64,000 bases of DNA from Nageia nagi (Eukaryota; Plantae; Pinophyta), in assembly GCA_050084985.1 (NCBI GenBank), contig JBITNC010000001.1, positions 72,292,001-72,356,000 on the forward strand, in the 5' to 3' direction. Positions 52,586-64,000 of the stretch are shown here, piece by piece; within the stretch, counting starts at the first letter, position 1, and each line of letters opens with the position of its first letter. The notes under the pieces were generated by a model that made no database searches, was not told the origin of the DNA, and saw only the letters and a list, made by a program, of their open reading frames with translations. The translations under genes and the position numbers were made by a program.

Positions 52586-52709
52586 ACAGCATGGTGGGAA
52601 TTCACAACGTGGTGCAGCACAATTGGGGCTTACCATTGAGAAGTCAGCATGGAATTCCACTGATGATGTACATTTGACAGATTGGCATACAGGATTTCAT
52701 GTTTTCCTT
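52586..52709 (+). CDS. GCP4: GCP4 internal exon (R-QHGGNSQRGAAQLGLTIEKSAWNSTDDVHLTDWHTGFHVFL)
   Basis: Acceptor atgcag|A, donor CTT|gtatga. 124 nt, phase-compatible (AG+A=Arg). Ends with the conserved LTDWH.GFH..L motif that precedes DMLP in plant GCP4. Confidence 0.88.
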
Positions 52710-52829
52710 GTATGATCCCTGTCTATTATGCAGTTCTCTCTGTCTATAAACTCGTTTCTAGTATTATAGTTTTTAAATGTTTAAATTTTATATAACTAAA
52801 TTGACCAAGACCAATACTCCTTTGCCCAA

Positions 52830-53510
52830 TTGCATCCTGGTTCCTACCCGACGATGGTTGGGAAGACTTAATTTTGATGAATCTGGGCCCAGCTTATGCA
52901 GATGGTGCTATTTGTAATCACAAAGGTACTACACCGTCATAGTTTTGAATGGTTATTGATCTGAAAACTAATAATTATTGACTGATATGATTCCTGCACT
53001 ATGCAAAGAGCATAAGTGGAACTGCTTGTGGGTTGAAGGAGATTCAAAGCATATTGATATAATCAGTTATTGAAGAAATCAAATAAAAAATTATAAATTG
53101 GATCAAAGTATCAGCAAAATAAATGTTTGCATATAAAGTGGCAAGGCAATTTGGTGGCTGACAAGTTTGTCATCATGGTAGTTGGGTTAGGGACATGTAG
53201 GATTAAATGGCCCACCGTAGGAACCATCCATTGGTGATCTTTCAAAAATGACAAAATCAAGGATCGATATCCCACCACCTGCTATTTTAAGAAAATTCAG
53301 TATGTCTCATACGTTGGATTGGATTATGGACTTAGGGCAAGTCTTTGCAAGCTGTAACCTGTATGATGTATGCAGATCACTTGCTGCTGAAACTACATTG
53401 GCTTACTATTCAACGAGGCCACTCTCTTTCAAGCCATTGAAAAAACCATGCCATTCAGTCAAGGGGTCGGTTGGGTGATATTTGTGTCAGCTTCGGGTGC
53501 TTTATTCTTA
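52830..53510 (+). mobile_element. Decayed L1 RNase H and 3' end fragment
   Basis: W..P.DGW..LNFD, LWVEGDSK and HI...GNLVADKF remnants. The 3' motifs are shared with 34390-34460. Confidence 0.55.
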
Positions 53511-53869
53511 ATTTTGATTTTAATTTATAATTGGCATTAGTTGCTGCAAAAATTATAGCAACTAATGTAGCATTATATGCTTAGGCTAGCATTTGCATGT
53601 AGCATGAGTCTCTTCTCTTTTGGAAGCATAAAACTTTGAATGATGTGATGCAATCACATTAAATTTTTGTTGTTTTTGTTCTCTCAAGAATCGCACTTTG
53701 AGTGCCACCTTTTTTTTTGGAATTAAAATCACGCAACTAAATCCATTCACCTTTAATTTGTTTAATTTATATATGATATGTTTTGGTTTTGTTGGATTAG
53801 CAGTTTTGAAAGGACCGTAACCTTTTTTTACATTTGAATCAGTCACGCATGCGTGACAAGTACTACAAC

Positions 53870-53945
53870 AAATAGGGTGATTCGAACCCAGAACCTTCCA
53901 GTGTAGAGCATGTACTTAACCAATGCGGTGTCCCCTTGGGGACTA
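53870..53945 (-). mobile_element. tRNA-like (SINE head) fragment
   Basis: On -: cgcattggttaagtac...ggttctgggttcgaatcaccc, with B-box GGTTCGAATC. No intact cloverleaf. Confidence 0.5.
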
Positions 53946-53948
53946 AAA

Positions 53949-54210
53949 ACTTTAGGGTAAAGTTATGAGGATTCTATATCCATGTGCATGTAATGGGTAG
54001 TCTTATAACCTACTAGGTAGGAAACCTTGATCGACCTCTACCAGCACCTGGGTTTTACCACTTCCTTTATTACCCCTCCACATAGGTATAGTTTCCTACC
54101 TTTGGCTTGGGCCATGACCCAAGGAGAACCTTGCCACTACACCACCGCCTCACTACTTACTTTAGGGTAAAGTTTTGAAGATTCTATATCCATGTGCGTG
54201 TAATGGGAAG
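53949..54210 (-). mobile_element. SINE (same family as 31780-31991) plus the 3' end of an adjacent tandem copy cut by element C
   Basis: 53949-54153 is a reverse-complement copy. actttagggtaaagtt..attctatatccatgtgc.tgtaatggg is repeated at 54159-54210. Confidence 0.75.
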
Positions 54211-57200
54211 TGTTGGGAAGTATATCTTTCTTGCGGAAATCCTGAAATAACTTTCGGCATAGGCCTCCCAGCATCATAGTCGGGAAAGCATTACCAATTC
54301 CCCCATTTGAAAAGGACTATCTACCTCCAAGGCTCTTGTCGAAACTCCTACTCAATGCTATGACGTTTGTAGGTAACCTGCAAAGTAAAATCCAATGCTT
54401 GTACAAATGTTTTTGCATAGGGATATGTTATGTGTGTAGTATCTCTCTTTGGAATCAAAGATGGTAACTGTTAACCAACGTTTTTTTAATATAGAGTTTG
54501 TTCGCAATATTTCTATATGAAATTAAAGATTGTATTTGGTTTTTGAAAGCATATATAAAGCGTAACGAAAGCATAAAGGCAATATTGGAAAGTGAGAGAC
54601 TGCACTTGTGAGACAGAAACGAATACTTGGTCAGATATTGTTGTGCCCACACAACACACCCCAAGATGCAACATTTTGGGAACCCAATTTTTGCAACGGC
54701 AATGAGCAACATTACCTGGGCATGATCAACTTACAGTTGGTATGGAGACCTAGAATGGCCAGATGATCATTGCACAAGCATGCCTCGGAGTCATGAAGAG
54801 AGTTTTCAAGCAACACCTCATAGGATGGAGTTGTGGATCATGACAGCAACTAGACAGTGGAGTTTTGAGTGGATGACCACCAGGGCAAAAAGGAGTCGTT
54901 TTGACAAGTTTGAGTAGCAAAGGTGCTAAGATGCAAAAAAGTGCGTTTTTGGTCAAGCTTGAGCCCGAAAGTAGTGGATACAGTTAAGGTGACAAAAATA
55001 GCGTGTTTTTGTACAAATTGAGCCCTAAAGGGTATCTAAAGCCGAAAAGCACATTTTTGTCAATTTTGAGCCCGAAGCGCTAGAAAATGTTTAGCATCAT
55101 GAAAAAGTGCGTTTTGGTCAATTTTGAGCCCGGGAGTGGTTAGTCTACTAAAAATGTGCTTTTTGCATAGTTTGAGCCCGGAAAGCTGGAAATGACCAAA
55201 GTTGCAAATTTGAGCTCAAAGTGCTCGGAAATGCCAGAAATGGTTGTTTTTGCATATATTGAGTCGGGAAAGGCCGAAAATGTAGACTTTGAGGCCCAAA
55301 TGCCGGAAATGATCGTTTTTTTCACCATTTGAGCTCGAAAACTTCGAAAATTAGGTCGAAAAGCATACTTAGAGCTCCGAAATGCCATAAATGGTTGGAA
55401 TGCACCGTTTGGACCCATAAAGGACGGGAAAGGTCGGGAATGTATAGTATAGCTTGAGATGGATGAGGAAAACAAGTTTGAGCACCCTTGAGGGCCAGGA
55501 TTAAAAAAATGAGCGTTTTGGCATCTGGAAGGCTTCAGGTTGAGCCCGAAAAGTGAGTGTTTTCAAACTGCTCAGAATTAAAATCCAAAAGAAAGGTGTG
55601 GTGCCAAATGACAAATTAAGGCCACTCTACTCTTGGAAATTTCAAAAAAACTCAAGTTTTGACCCCCGAAAAGTTAGGGGGGGAGTTTTGCAAGTTTTCC
55701 CTCGCTTAGTCTAATTTTGAAAAATGCCTATTCTCTTCAAAACCTGCGCCTACCTATTGGGAGGCCCAAGATTGATCCGAAATGGCAATTTTTGAGCTCA
55801 GGAGTGTGGGGATCACGATTCTACATTAAATTGGTCTTTCAAGTTTGGGATTTTGACGAATTTTGCTCCACCAAAAGTGGAAAAAACAGGAAAATGAAAA
55901 ATGGACAGCCAATGAGAATGCTCCAAGTTTCCTAGAATTCCAAAAGTGTCAAAATGAAAATCTAAGAGTGAGCTAGGGTGGCAAATCAAAAATTAAGCAC
56001 CTTTCCTCATGGAATTTTTGAAATTGAGCAATTTTTTCCCCTCTAAAGTTAGGCACTGGATTTGGGTGCTTTCCCTCAACTTCTCAAAATTGGAAAATGG
56101 CCTAAAACCTCAAAACCTGCACCTACCCTTCTTGTGCCCCAAATTTGAAAAAAAATGAAAATTTTGACCTTGATGCGGTGTAGGATGGGATTCCACACAA
56201 GATTGATGATTTGAGTTTTCCAAAAAAATGAGATCTACTTCCTCAAATCATCAAAATTTGATTGGTCAATGAGAGAGCTCCAAAATATTTCCAAATTTTC
56301 CAAAATTGGTCAAATCAAATTTTGAATTGGACCAACTCTTGCAATGTTGCAAAAAAATCAATTTTGCCCATCAAAAGCTAGGTGGCAGTTTTGGCTTGTT
56401 TCCCCCGTTTTCAAATTTTTCAAAAACATGCCAAGAATCCGTAAAACCTGCTCCTAGCATTCAAGCCTCATTTTTTGCTCAAAATTCAAAATTTTTGATC
56501 CTAGGAGCATGGGAAACCCAATTTTGCACATTATTCATGTTTTAAGTTTTTGGAAAAAAGTGGATGTACTCCCTCAAAATCCCAAAATTTGGATCAGCCA
56601 ATGGGAGAGCTCTAAAATTTTCCAAATTTTTCAAAAGAGCTCTAAATCTTGCAAATTTGCTTAAAAACCAAATTTTCACCCCCTTAAAGGTAGGTGCTAG
56701 TTTTGCAAGACTTCCCCATTTTTTTCCATTTTTGAAAACCTGCCAAACATCCCTACGCCTAGCCTCCTTTGTCCCTAAAGGTGCCCAAAATTGCAATTTT
56801 TTGCCTCCATGAGAAGTTGGTGTGATTCTACACCATTTTGACCTATCGTTTGTGCAATTTGGTGAACACAAATTCTCAAAAACCATATTTTTGCATCCAA
56901 ATGGGATTCAAGGGCCGAGAAAACACAAAAAAATTGGATTTTTCCTCAAAAATCTCAAAATTTGAAATCCAAATCTGAAACATGGAGGTTGAAGAGCACC
57001 CAAAAGCCATCATGTTTGCTTCCAAGACCCCCCACATTGCTCCAAATATGCCCCTTCCACACTTAGGGCAGGTTTTGGCATTTTTCCCATGTTTTCCAAC
57101 GTTGGCAAGGAGGAGGATAAATCCAAAATACAAGCTTTTGACTTAGGGCTAATTTGGTGTTGACATGTGGCACTACATGACCCCCAAAGCCTATAACGAC

Positions 57201-58049
57201 ATGCATACCCCTCCATTTTTCACCACTCTCATTTTTGCATTCTTATGCTGCCCAAATTTTTGAAAATTTGAGAACCAAGTGAGAAAAAAAGCCATTTTTT
57301 CAGCCTTGGAGGATTTTTCAATCACTTAGCATCTTACCCATCCCTCCAAACTCTATTAAAATTTGAAATCCAAGCATCCTCCATTTACATGAACTCCATT
57401 TTTTCCAAGTTTTGAGGATTTTTACACAAAAACCCATTTTTCAAACCCTCAAACACTTGAAAATTTATTTTTCCAGATTTTAAGTTTGATCACTTTTTTG
57501 GATACCCTTTATCCATGTGATCAACTTTTATTTTCAGCAAAAAAACAAAAAAAATCCATATGATCCAAGATTTGAGTGCTCAAAATCCGCATTTCTTGAA
57601 AAAAATTCAAAAAAATCCAATTTTTTTCCAAAAACTCTAAAAATTGTTTTTGAAGTCCGTTTTGGCTGTTTCAAAGTTTGAAACACCTTCCCCACTCACT
57701 CCCCATCCATCTAAGGTGTCAGAACTTGATTCGGCACCATTTGCCAATTTCGCCAAATTTCACCACTTTTTCCTGTTGAAAAAGTAAACTTTTTCGAGAA
57801 AAAATTGAAAATTCTCTAATCATCTTAATTTTTTGCTAAGCCATTCCCTTTTGAGCTAGTTACTTTTGTGTCATCTCAAACTCACCTAGAAGGCCTTGAA
57901 AATTGCAAATTACGACACTTTTTGATGATGGCATACTTAGAGTGTAAAATGCCAAAAAAATCCAAATTTTTCAAAAACCCCCTCTTTGCTTGCCTAAAAA
58001 GGGCCATAAGCTTCCCAGGACTCTTCTAACTCTTGTTGTTCTCTTAGAC

Positions 58050-61000
58050 AGGGACACAATCGCGTTAGTAGCTCAAAACATCAAAGATAGGAACAGAAAA
58101 GGCTAACAATGGATAGTCTCATCACGCTCGAACACACTACAGAGCTAGAGATGCCTTCCACAAGAATCATTGACCAATTGAGTGAGATCGGGGACACAGA
58201 TTGTAACTCCCTCATCCAATAAAAAATCTAATGAAAATACAAGCATTGGATCCGACTTCTCTGGTGAAGGACACTTTGAAAACCTCCTTACTAGTAATAG
58301 CTTCTATGGTTCCATTCGCCACCCCCTTCCTTGAGCTTTGTTACGAGCTAGGAAAGCATTGTGACATTAGAAAGCGAAGACTCCTTGATAGAAGGAACGA
58401 CGTAATCATGGACTTTTCTGAGAAAGAAATAGAAGGTGTTCGCTTGGAAAAGTGATGGCTTATCATACAGTGTACAAAACTCTTTGAGTTTCTACAAAAA
58501 TCTTAAACCTACAGCTGATTTGGTTAGAGATTGGTTGGCCGATGATTGTAAGCATCTCATAGGGAGAGCATTAGTAGCTCCAAACAGAGGAGAGTTCTAT
58601 CCAGTAGTCTCTAGACTAATATCTATGCTTTCCAGAGTGATCGGACAGAAAGACCACCAAATTCTGATCGGAATTCGTTGGGTTTATAGAGCTGATCAGC
58701 AATGGTAAAGGCATAAGGTGGAGCAGAGTAATTAGCGATTGCCTAGCCCAACAATTGAAAAATGTCTAGAGGAGCAGGAAATTCTATATGAACTCCTACC
58801 TGGTTTACCTACTCCTTCACGGTAGGGAGAGGGTAACCTCAATTACCAATACCCAGTATCTTTATGATCGACACATCCAGTGTGGGAAAACTACCCTCGG
58901 TTCTTTGCTCATAACAAATGGAACAATGGAAACTGGACGATGATGATTGACGGTTTTGAAGGCAAAATTTACAAAGGAATCATGGGCAGAGCCAATGTAC
59001 TCAAATATCCAATGAAGTTGCTACGCTATCAGGACATGACTCTTCAAGACTACCTACCTCGTTATGTCAAGTGATCTATCATCATCCTCATGGAATTTTC
59101 AAGACACTTGCAAAACGTGCATGACAAGGTATGGGTGAAGAAGGCGAAAACCACTTACCAATTACCTATCCTTATCGGGAATTATGAATGCACCAACTGG
59201 CGATAGATTGACATGATTAAACAAGAGCTAGCGTTGTATGAATTCTCGATCGAAGTAGCTACGGATCACTATGATCCTGATGGAGTGATTGATGCATTTT
59301 TCCAGAAGACATGGAGCTCATCATATCCACACTAGTCCCTTGGTAGCATTGAAAGGTACAAGAACATTCAGGATGCCCTGCAGGTTCAACAGATCCACAA
59401 GGATTTGAAAAAAGAACAAAAACAACATGAAGTGAAAGAAGTTGCCAGGTTAAGAGCCAATGCACAGGTCTCCGTACCCTCGAGCCATGGGTATGTTATC
59501 CCATAATATCCCCTTTTATAACCTTGGCTCAAGGATAGAACGGGCAGTATGCTACCAATAGCATCCCCGCACAAACCATTGAAAAAACTGTCATAGGTAC
59601 GAGGAATGAAATCTTGGACCTCAGAAGAGTAGGCATGATCTCTCAGCCATTCAAACACTTGTAGAAAAAGATAAATCTCTCGCAAGGTTTGAATCGGAGT
59701 GGTATGCACCTGAATCAAAACCCCAACATGTCATCCTCCAATTCTGACAAATATGGACCGAGTGGCTTGTCGAAGTCCGATGAAGAGATGGATCTCGTTG
59801 TAGTCATCGACATGGAGATAAATCAAGATATTGGCTTTGACAGGGTCGAAACTGATCATTTAGTAGAGATCCTTAATGAGGGCAATCCCTCAGTTGATAT
59901 GATTGTACAACAAGCAGCAGGAGCAGGTACCCCAAAATTCGCTCCTTGGAAACAAGCGTCGCAAACGCCACCATCTTAGAGAACTACAAGAACATCAGCA
60001 CAGAAGGGTACTTCAAGGCCTAGGACAATGGCATCATCTTCAAGGGGAGATGGTGGAAATCAAGAGGATGAGGGAGAAAATGAAGAACAAAGGAGAAAAA
60101 GAAGACAAGTAGAGCATGAAGTTGAGATCATTGAAGATAGAGAGATGGTTCCTCATAGAAAACAACCCATGGAACCCCGCTTCGATATGGTTGCAGTGAT
60201 GGCTAATTTGAGTTCAAATCACCCTTGCGAAGGAGAAGATTCCGAAGATGAAAATGAGGAACTTCACTAGATTGATACTCTCACCACCATTGTAGGTAAA
60301 GTCATCTACAAGGACAAGCTCTACTCCAAAAGGAACAAGGCCGTACTAGAAAGTTTTCCCTCATAGTTGAAACAGAAGAGGTCCCCGTAGAGATCGTTGG
60401 CCCATTGGAAATGGAGCACATCATCACAAATGCACGAGCATTGAGGGAATACGGTACCTTATTGAAGCTAGAGATCCGGGAGCTGAAGAAGAAAGTGGTG
60501 AGTCAAGAAAGGATCGACAAAGAAGTCAAGGCTGCTAATTTGACAGTTGAAGACATCAAAAATAGGTTGACTTAAATATTGGAATCATTGCTTTGAAACA
60601 AGGATGGACCAAGGACCTTATTGAGGCTATCAAAGCACTCCACTCAAGCATGGTGAATTTTTTATATTGAGAAGGAGGGGTCACATTCTCAGGCAGAGAA
60701 AATAGACCAGTTGATCATTAGATGGAAGAGTGGGTCCCTACAATGTTCAAACTACGGAGAAGGGCAACCCACCATCATTTCGTGCTAGATTTTTGCATAG
60801 ATTGGTTCCAATTGTATGATTATCTCTTCTACATCAAAGCTAAGTCCACCAACTTCATATACACCAGAACGCAACTCAAAGCCGTCTCATCAGTGAACAG
60901 GAAAGGGAATACGAATTCTAGGTATCCTTGTTTGAGGATAACGGCAACATTAAGGAGTATATGAATGTAATGACAATGATCCACGCCACTATTTTAGAGC

Positions 61001-61212
61001 AGTTGTGTCCCGAGGATCCACAAAGCCTGAAGAAAAGAAAACAGATGACTAGACGGATGAGATTGGCTGATTGGTGTAAGGAAATGGTCAAACGATGGAG
61101 CCCTCAGATAATCCACTCTGCCATCAAGAATGTAGAAGAGTTCATGGGAGATGATTTTGAAGCCAAAATCGCCACAAATGTGCAAGTCATCTTCCCACAA
61201 TCGCTAGAATAG
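58050..61212 (+). pseudogene. Orphan ~1000-codon ORF inside element B (frameshifted)
   Basis: Fragments 58231-58455, 58436-58708, 58880-59074, 59689-59979, 60028-60270 and 60722-61212. Motifs IGDTD, MVPFATPFLELCYE, KFYMNSYLVYLL, LPRY, LMEFSRHL and DHYDPDGVI. Confidence 0.75.
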
Positions 61213-61344
61213 AAAGGGTCTATTTTGGCAAGTTTTTGATATGTAAGCCAAATATGTGGCCAACTTAGTGGATTTCCGCTAAGTCCAATTGTAATCTTAA
61301 TTAGCATTTTCAATTAGCCTGTAAATAGTTGTTAGTGTTACAAT

Positions 61345-61420
61345 TAGGGTTAGGGTTTTGAAACTCATTTCTAGGGTTTTAAAAGTCACTTTTAGGATTT
61401 CCAAAAACTCTATAAGTAAG
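61345..61420 (+). promoter_or_regulatory. Putative LTR promoter of B (telo-box-like TAGGGTTAGGG/TAGGGTTTT then TATAAGTAA)
   Basis: The same telo-like/TATA arrangement lies about 0.9-1.1 kb from the 3' end in D (about 48818-48862) and A (about 22700-22755, -). Confidence 0.5.
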
Positions 61421-64000
61421 AGACCAAAGGTCTCATTTTTATAAGGACTTCATTTGAAGCAAACACTTTTTTAATTGAAGAGAGCTATTTTGAGAATTGA
61501 GAGCTTATTGTAAATATTGGCACCTCCTTTTTCAAAATCTAATACAAAGTGGTTAATGCAAAGACTTGAGTTTGACACTTTTCATATTGATGTTATGGAT
61601 TGATTCTTTGAGGGCACTCATATTGGGTTTGTGTACTTTCATTTTATTTTTTGAAAGCTTTCGAGATTTGGGGAAGTTATCTTTAAAAAACTTTAAAAAG
61701 TACTTGAAGCTTACCTATGTTTGTTGCTTGATTTTTAACATGCAAGTTGATTGGGTATTCTATGTTAGTTTCTACTTCTAAGACATCTTGTTAGGTCCTT
61801 CATCCAAAACCATGATCTTCTCACTTTGAGAACTTCCCGTTTTCCATTCAATTGCATCGGTCCTATTCATAGAGAACCGACAATTGGTGTTCCTCCCCAC
61901 TCTTCTTTGAAGCAATTCGAACGTTGAGTTGTTTGCTTGCAAGGTTGGGTGAATTGGATTAAGAGTCCTTAACCGATTCGGAAGAGATAAACTCTTAGAC
62001 ACTTTTCCGTCAGTGAACTTCAAACCCATATCCGACCAAGTATCCTTTCTTTCTGCAAGGTGTTGTCCTTCACCTTTTACAGTATTGCCTTTACCCTTTC
62101 TTTATGCTTTCATATCCAGATATGATCGTTAAGTACACACAAAAGTTCCAAACAAACTCTATACATTAAAGAATAAAACATCGTTGGTTAACAGACTACA
62201 TACCTCTCATTCCATTCCATTGAGGTTGATTCCAAAGAGAGATACCACACTTTTTATTTATCTATCCCTATTCAGAAAACACACCTGGCAGACATACCTT
62301 ACAACATCACAACATTGGGGTTGCTGGACAGGGTGTTTCAACAAAGAGCCCTGGAGGTACACAGTCCTTTTCAATCGAGGAATCGGTAACGCATTCCCAA
62401 CTATGTTGCTTGGGATCTCCTAAGTTCTGTGTGCAATATTTAGAGTGTCCCACGTGGGAAAGAAAAGCATCCCAACAGATACCAAACTGATCACCACGAC
62501 AAAACATTGTCTAAAGAGTTTATCCTTTTCAAACCAGTTAAAGGGATATCATCCAATTTATCCAACTTTGCAAACAAACAACTATTGTTCAAGTTGTTTT
62601 AAAGAGGGGCGAGAACTGCGGCCGATTGATAACAATCAAATGGACATGGTGGAAGAATGTGGGAAAAACTAGAGTTTGGATGAAATTCCTAGTTTGATGT
62701 CATAAAATAGGAAAGAAATTCATAATACCTCATTTAACATGCATGCTATGAACCAAGCAACTATCAAAGACTAGTTTCAAACACTTTAGAAAGGTAAAGC
62801 AATGATATTTTCCCTAAAACTCGTGAGTTTTCAAAAGGAGGATGCTAAAGTGTCAAACCAACGATGATAATTCGTAAGAATCAATTCATGATATCACAAA
62901 TGGATAAACAAGCTCGATCTTTGTCTTAACCACTTTGTATATAGCTTATAAACGAGTTATGTAGAAATACATCAATTTGCTCCTCTTTTACAAAAGTTTC
63001 ACTTTTCTTCAGAAAATGAGCTCACTCAAATGAGTCCGCATGCCTCTTATTTAATAGGCATTTTGGGGATTTTTCTAAAAAATCTAAAATTCTAATAAAA
63101 TGCTAAATTGAAATTATAATGTCGTTTAATGGGAGAAAAATACTCATCCCACTAAATATGCTTGAAAATAAACTATTTATAGAAATTGATGCCGTCTGGC
63201 ATGGATCTTGAGGCGTTTTGCATCAATTTTACAAAATTTGGAGCTTCAAATCATCATTTTGTATCCATTCATCAGTCTTTTGAGCTCCTTCCTTCTTTTA
63301 ATTTGGATTTGCCCTTGATGTGATCATCTGACAAAGTTTTAGGTAATTTTGAGAATATTTTCCGAAAAAGTGGACTTTTTGGTATATTTTTTGGGAAAAT
63401 GGAGGGGGGGTCGATTTTGGATTTTTTTAAAAATGTGGTTTAACCTCATGGATGGGTGAAGGATGGATTTATAAGGCATTTGGCAATTTTTGAGAGGATT
63501 TGGGGATTATGGGTGTTGGATTTGCTCATTTTCCTCTTGAGGGGTCATTTTGGAGGCTCCATAAGGTTTTGCACATTTGAATCTTTCTATTTTTTTCCTT
63601 TTTTTTTTCTCTTTTCAAGGGGAATAAGTAGAAAACATGCGCCTAGCCATGGAGGGGAGAGGTTTGGTTCAATTTGGGAGCTTGTAGAGGCAAAGTTGAA
63701 GGAGTTTGCATGCCCCTCAATACCCATGTCTTAGATTTTGCTTTTAGAAAAATTCAAATTTAGAAAAAAAGAACGTTTGCTTATTTGGAGATTTCTATTT
63801 TTTCCATTTTGGAGGACAAATTCATGGTTTGAGGGAGCTACACTCATGCATTTTGCAAATTTCAAAGACCAAATTGGTGTAGAATTGCATCATCTATGCT
63901 CTCATGCTCACAAATTTCAAATTTGATCAAATTTGGGGCTCTCTTTTCCTAGGCGTAGGTTTTCCATATTTTTCCAAGCTTGAGAAAAAATAGTAAAACT

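Larger units (their letters stand above)
54639..62477 (+). mobile_element. Giant solo-LTR-like element B (7839 bp) carrying an orphan ORF
   Basis: TGTTGTGCCCACACAACACACCCC...GGGAAAGAAAAGCATCCCAACA. TSD gatat/gatac. Host C sequence is contiguous across it. No internal direct terminal repeats, PBS or gag/pol seen. Confidence 0.85.
54211..64000 (-). mobile_element. LTR-like element C (pieces 54211-54638 and 62483-64000+), host of element B
   Basis: The reverse complement of 54211-54480 aligns with the B 3' end (62182-62477), and 62483-62680 aligns with B 61790-62040. Runs off the window. Confidence 0.8.

Noticed and set aside
52710-52720. U12-type intron donor
   Set aside because: gtatgatccc does not match the GTATCCTT consensus.
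54211-62477. One DNA transposon with ~300-bp terminal inverted repeats
   Set aside because: No TSD (ggaag vs gatac). The inverted similarity is explained by B nested in the oppositely oriented relative C, which continues at 62483.

Overview
AT-rich, repeat-saturated plant nuclear DNA, inferred to come from a giant-genome gymnosperm/conifer-like species. It contains four 100-N gaps (1269-1368, 8094-8193, 13322-13421, 50407-50506). The only host gene I can support is gamma-tubulin complex component 4 (GCP4) on the + strand. It appears as three small internal exons (19944-20080, 41804-41902, 52586-52709) joined in frame across introns of 21.7 kb and about 10.7 kb. Almost everything else is nested transposable elements. 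These include a chromovirus Gypsy inside a Tat/Ogre integrase, LINE remnants, tRNA-derived SINEs and a small non-autonomous LTR element. There are also four hAT transposase loci, one with perfect TIR/TSD and an apparently intact 5-exon, 743-aa transposase, plus a non-autonomous derivative of it. The most unusual structure is a family of very large TG...CA elements (2.9-7.8 kb) with shared termini, 5-bp TSDs, a telo-box/TATA promoter and no gag/pol, which look like giant solo LTRs. Two of them (21725-28168 on -, 54639-62477 on +) carry homologous, decayed ~3-kb orphan ORFs upstream of the TATA, each preceded by a splice-acceptor-like signal. This suggests an accessory gene encoded in the LTR U3 region.
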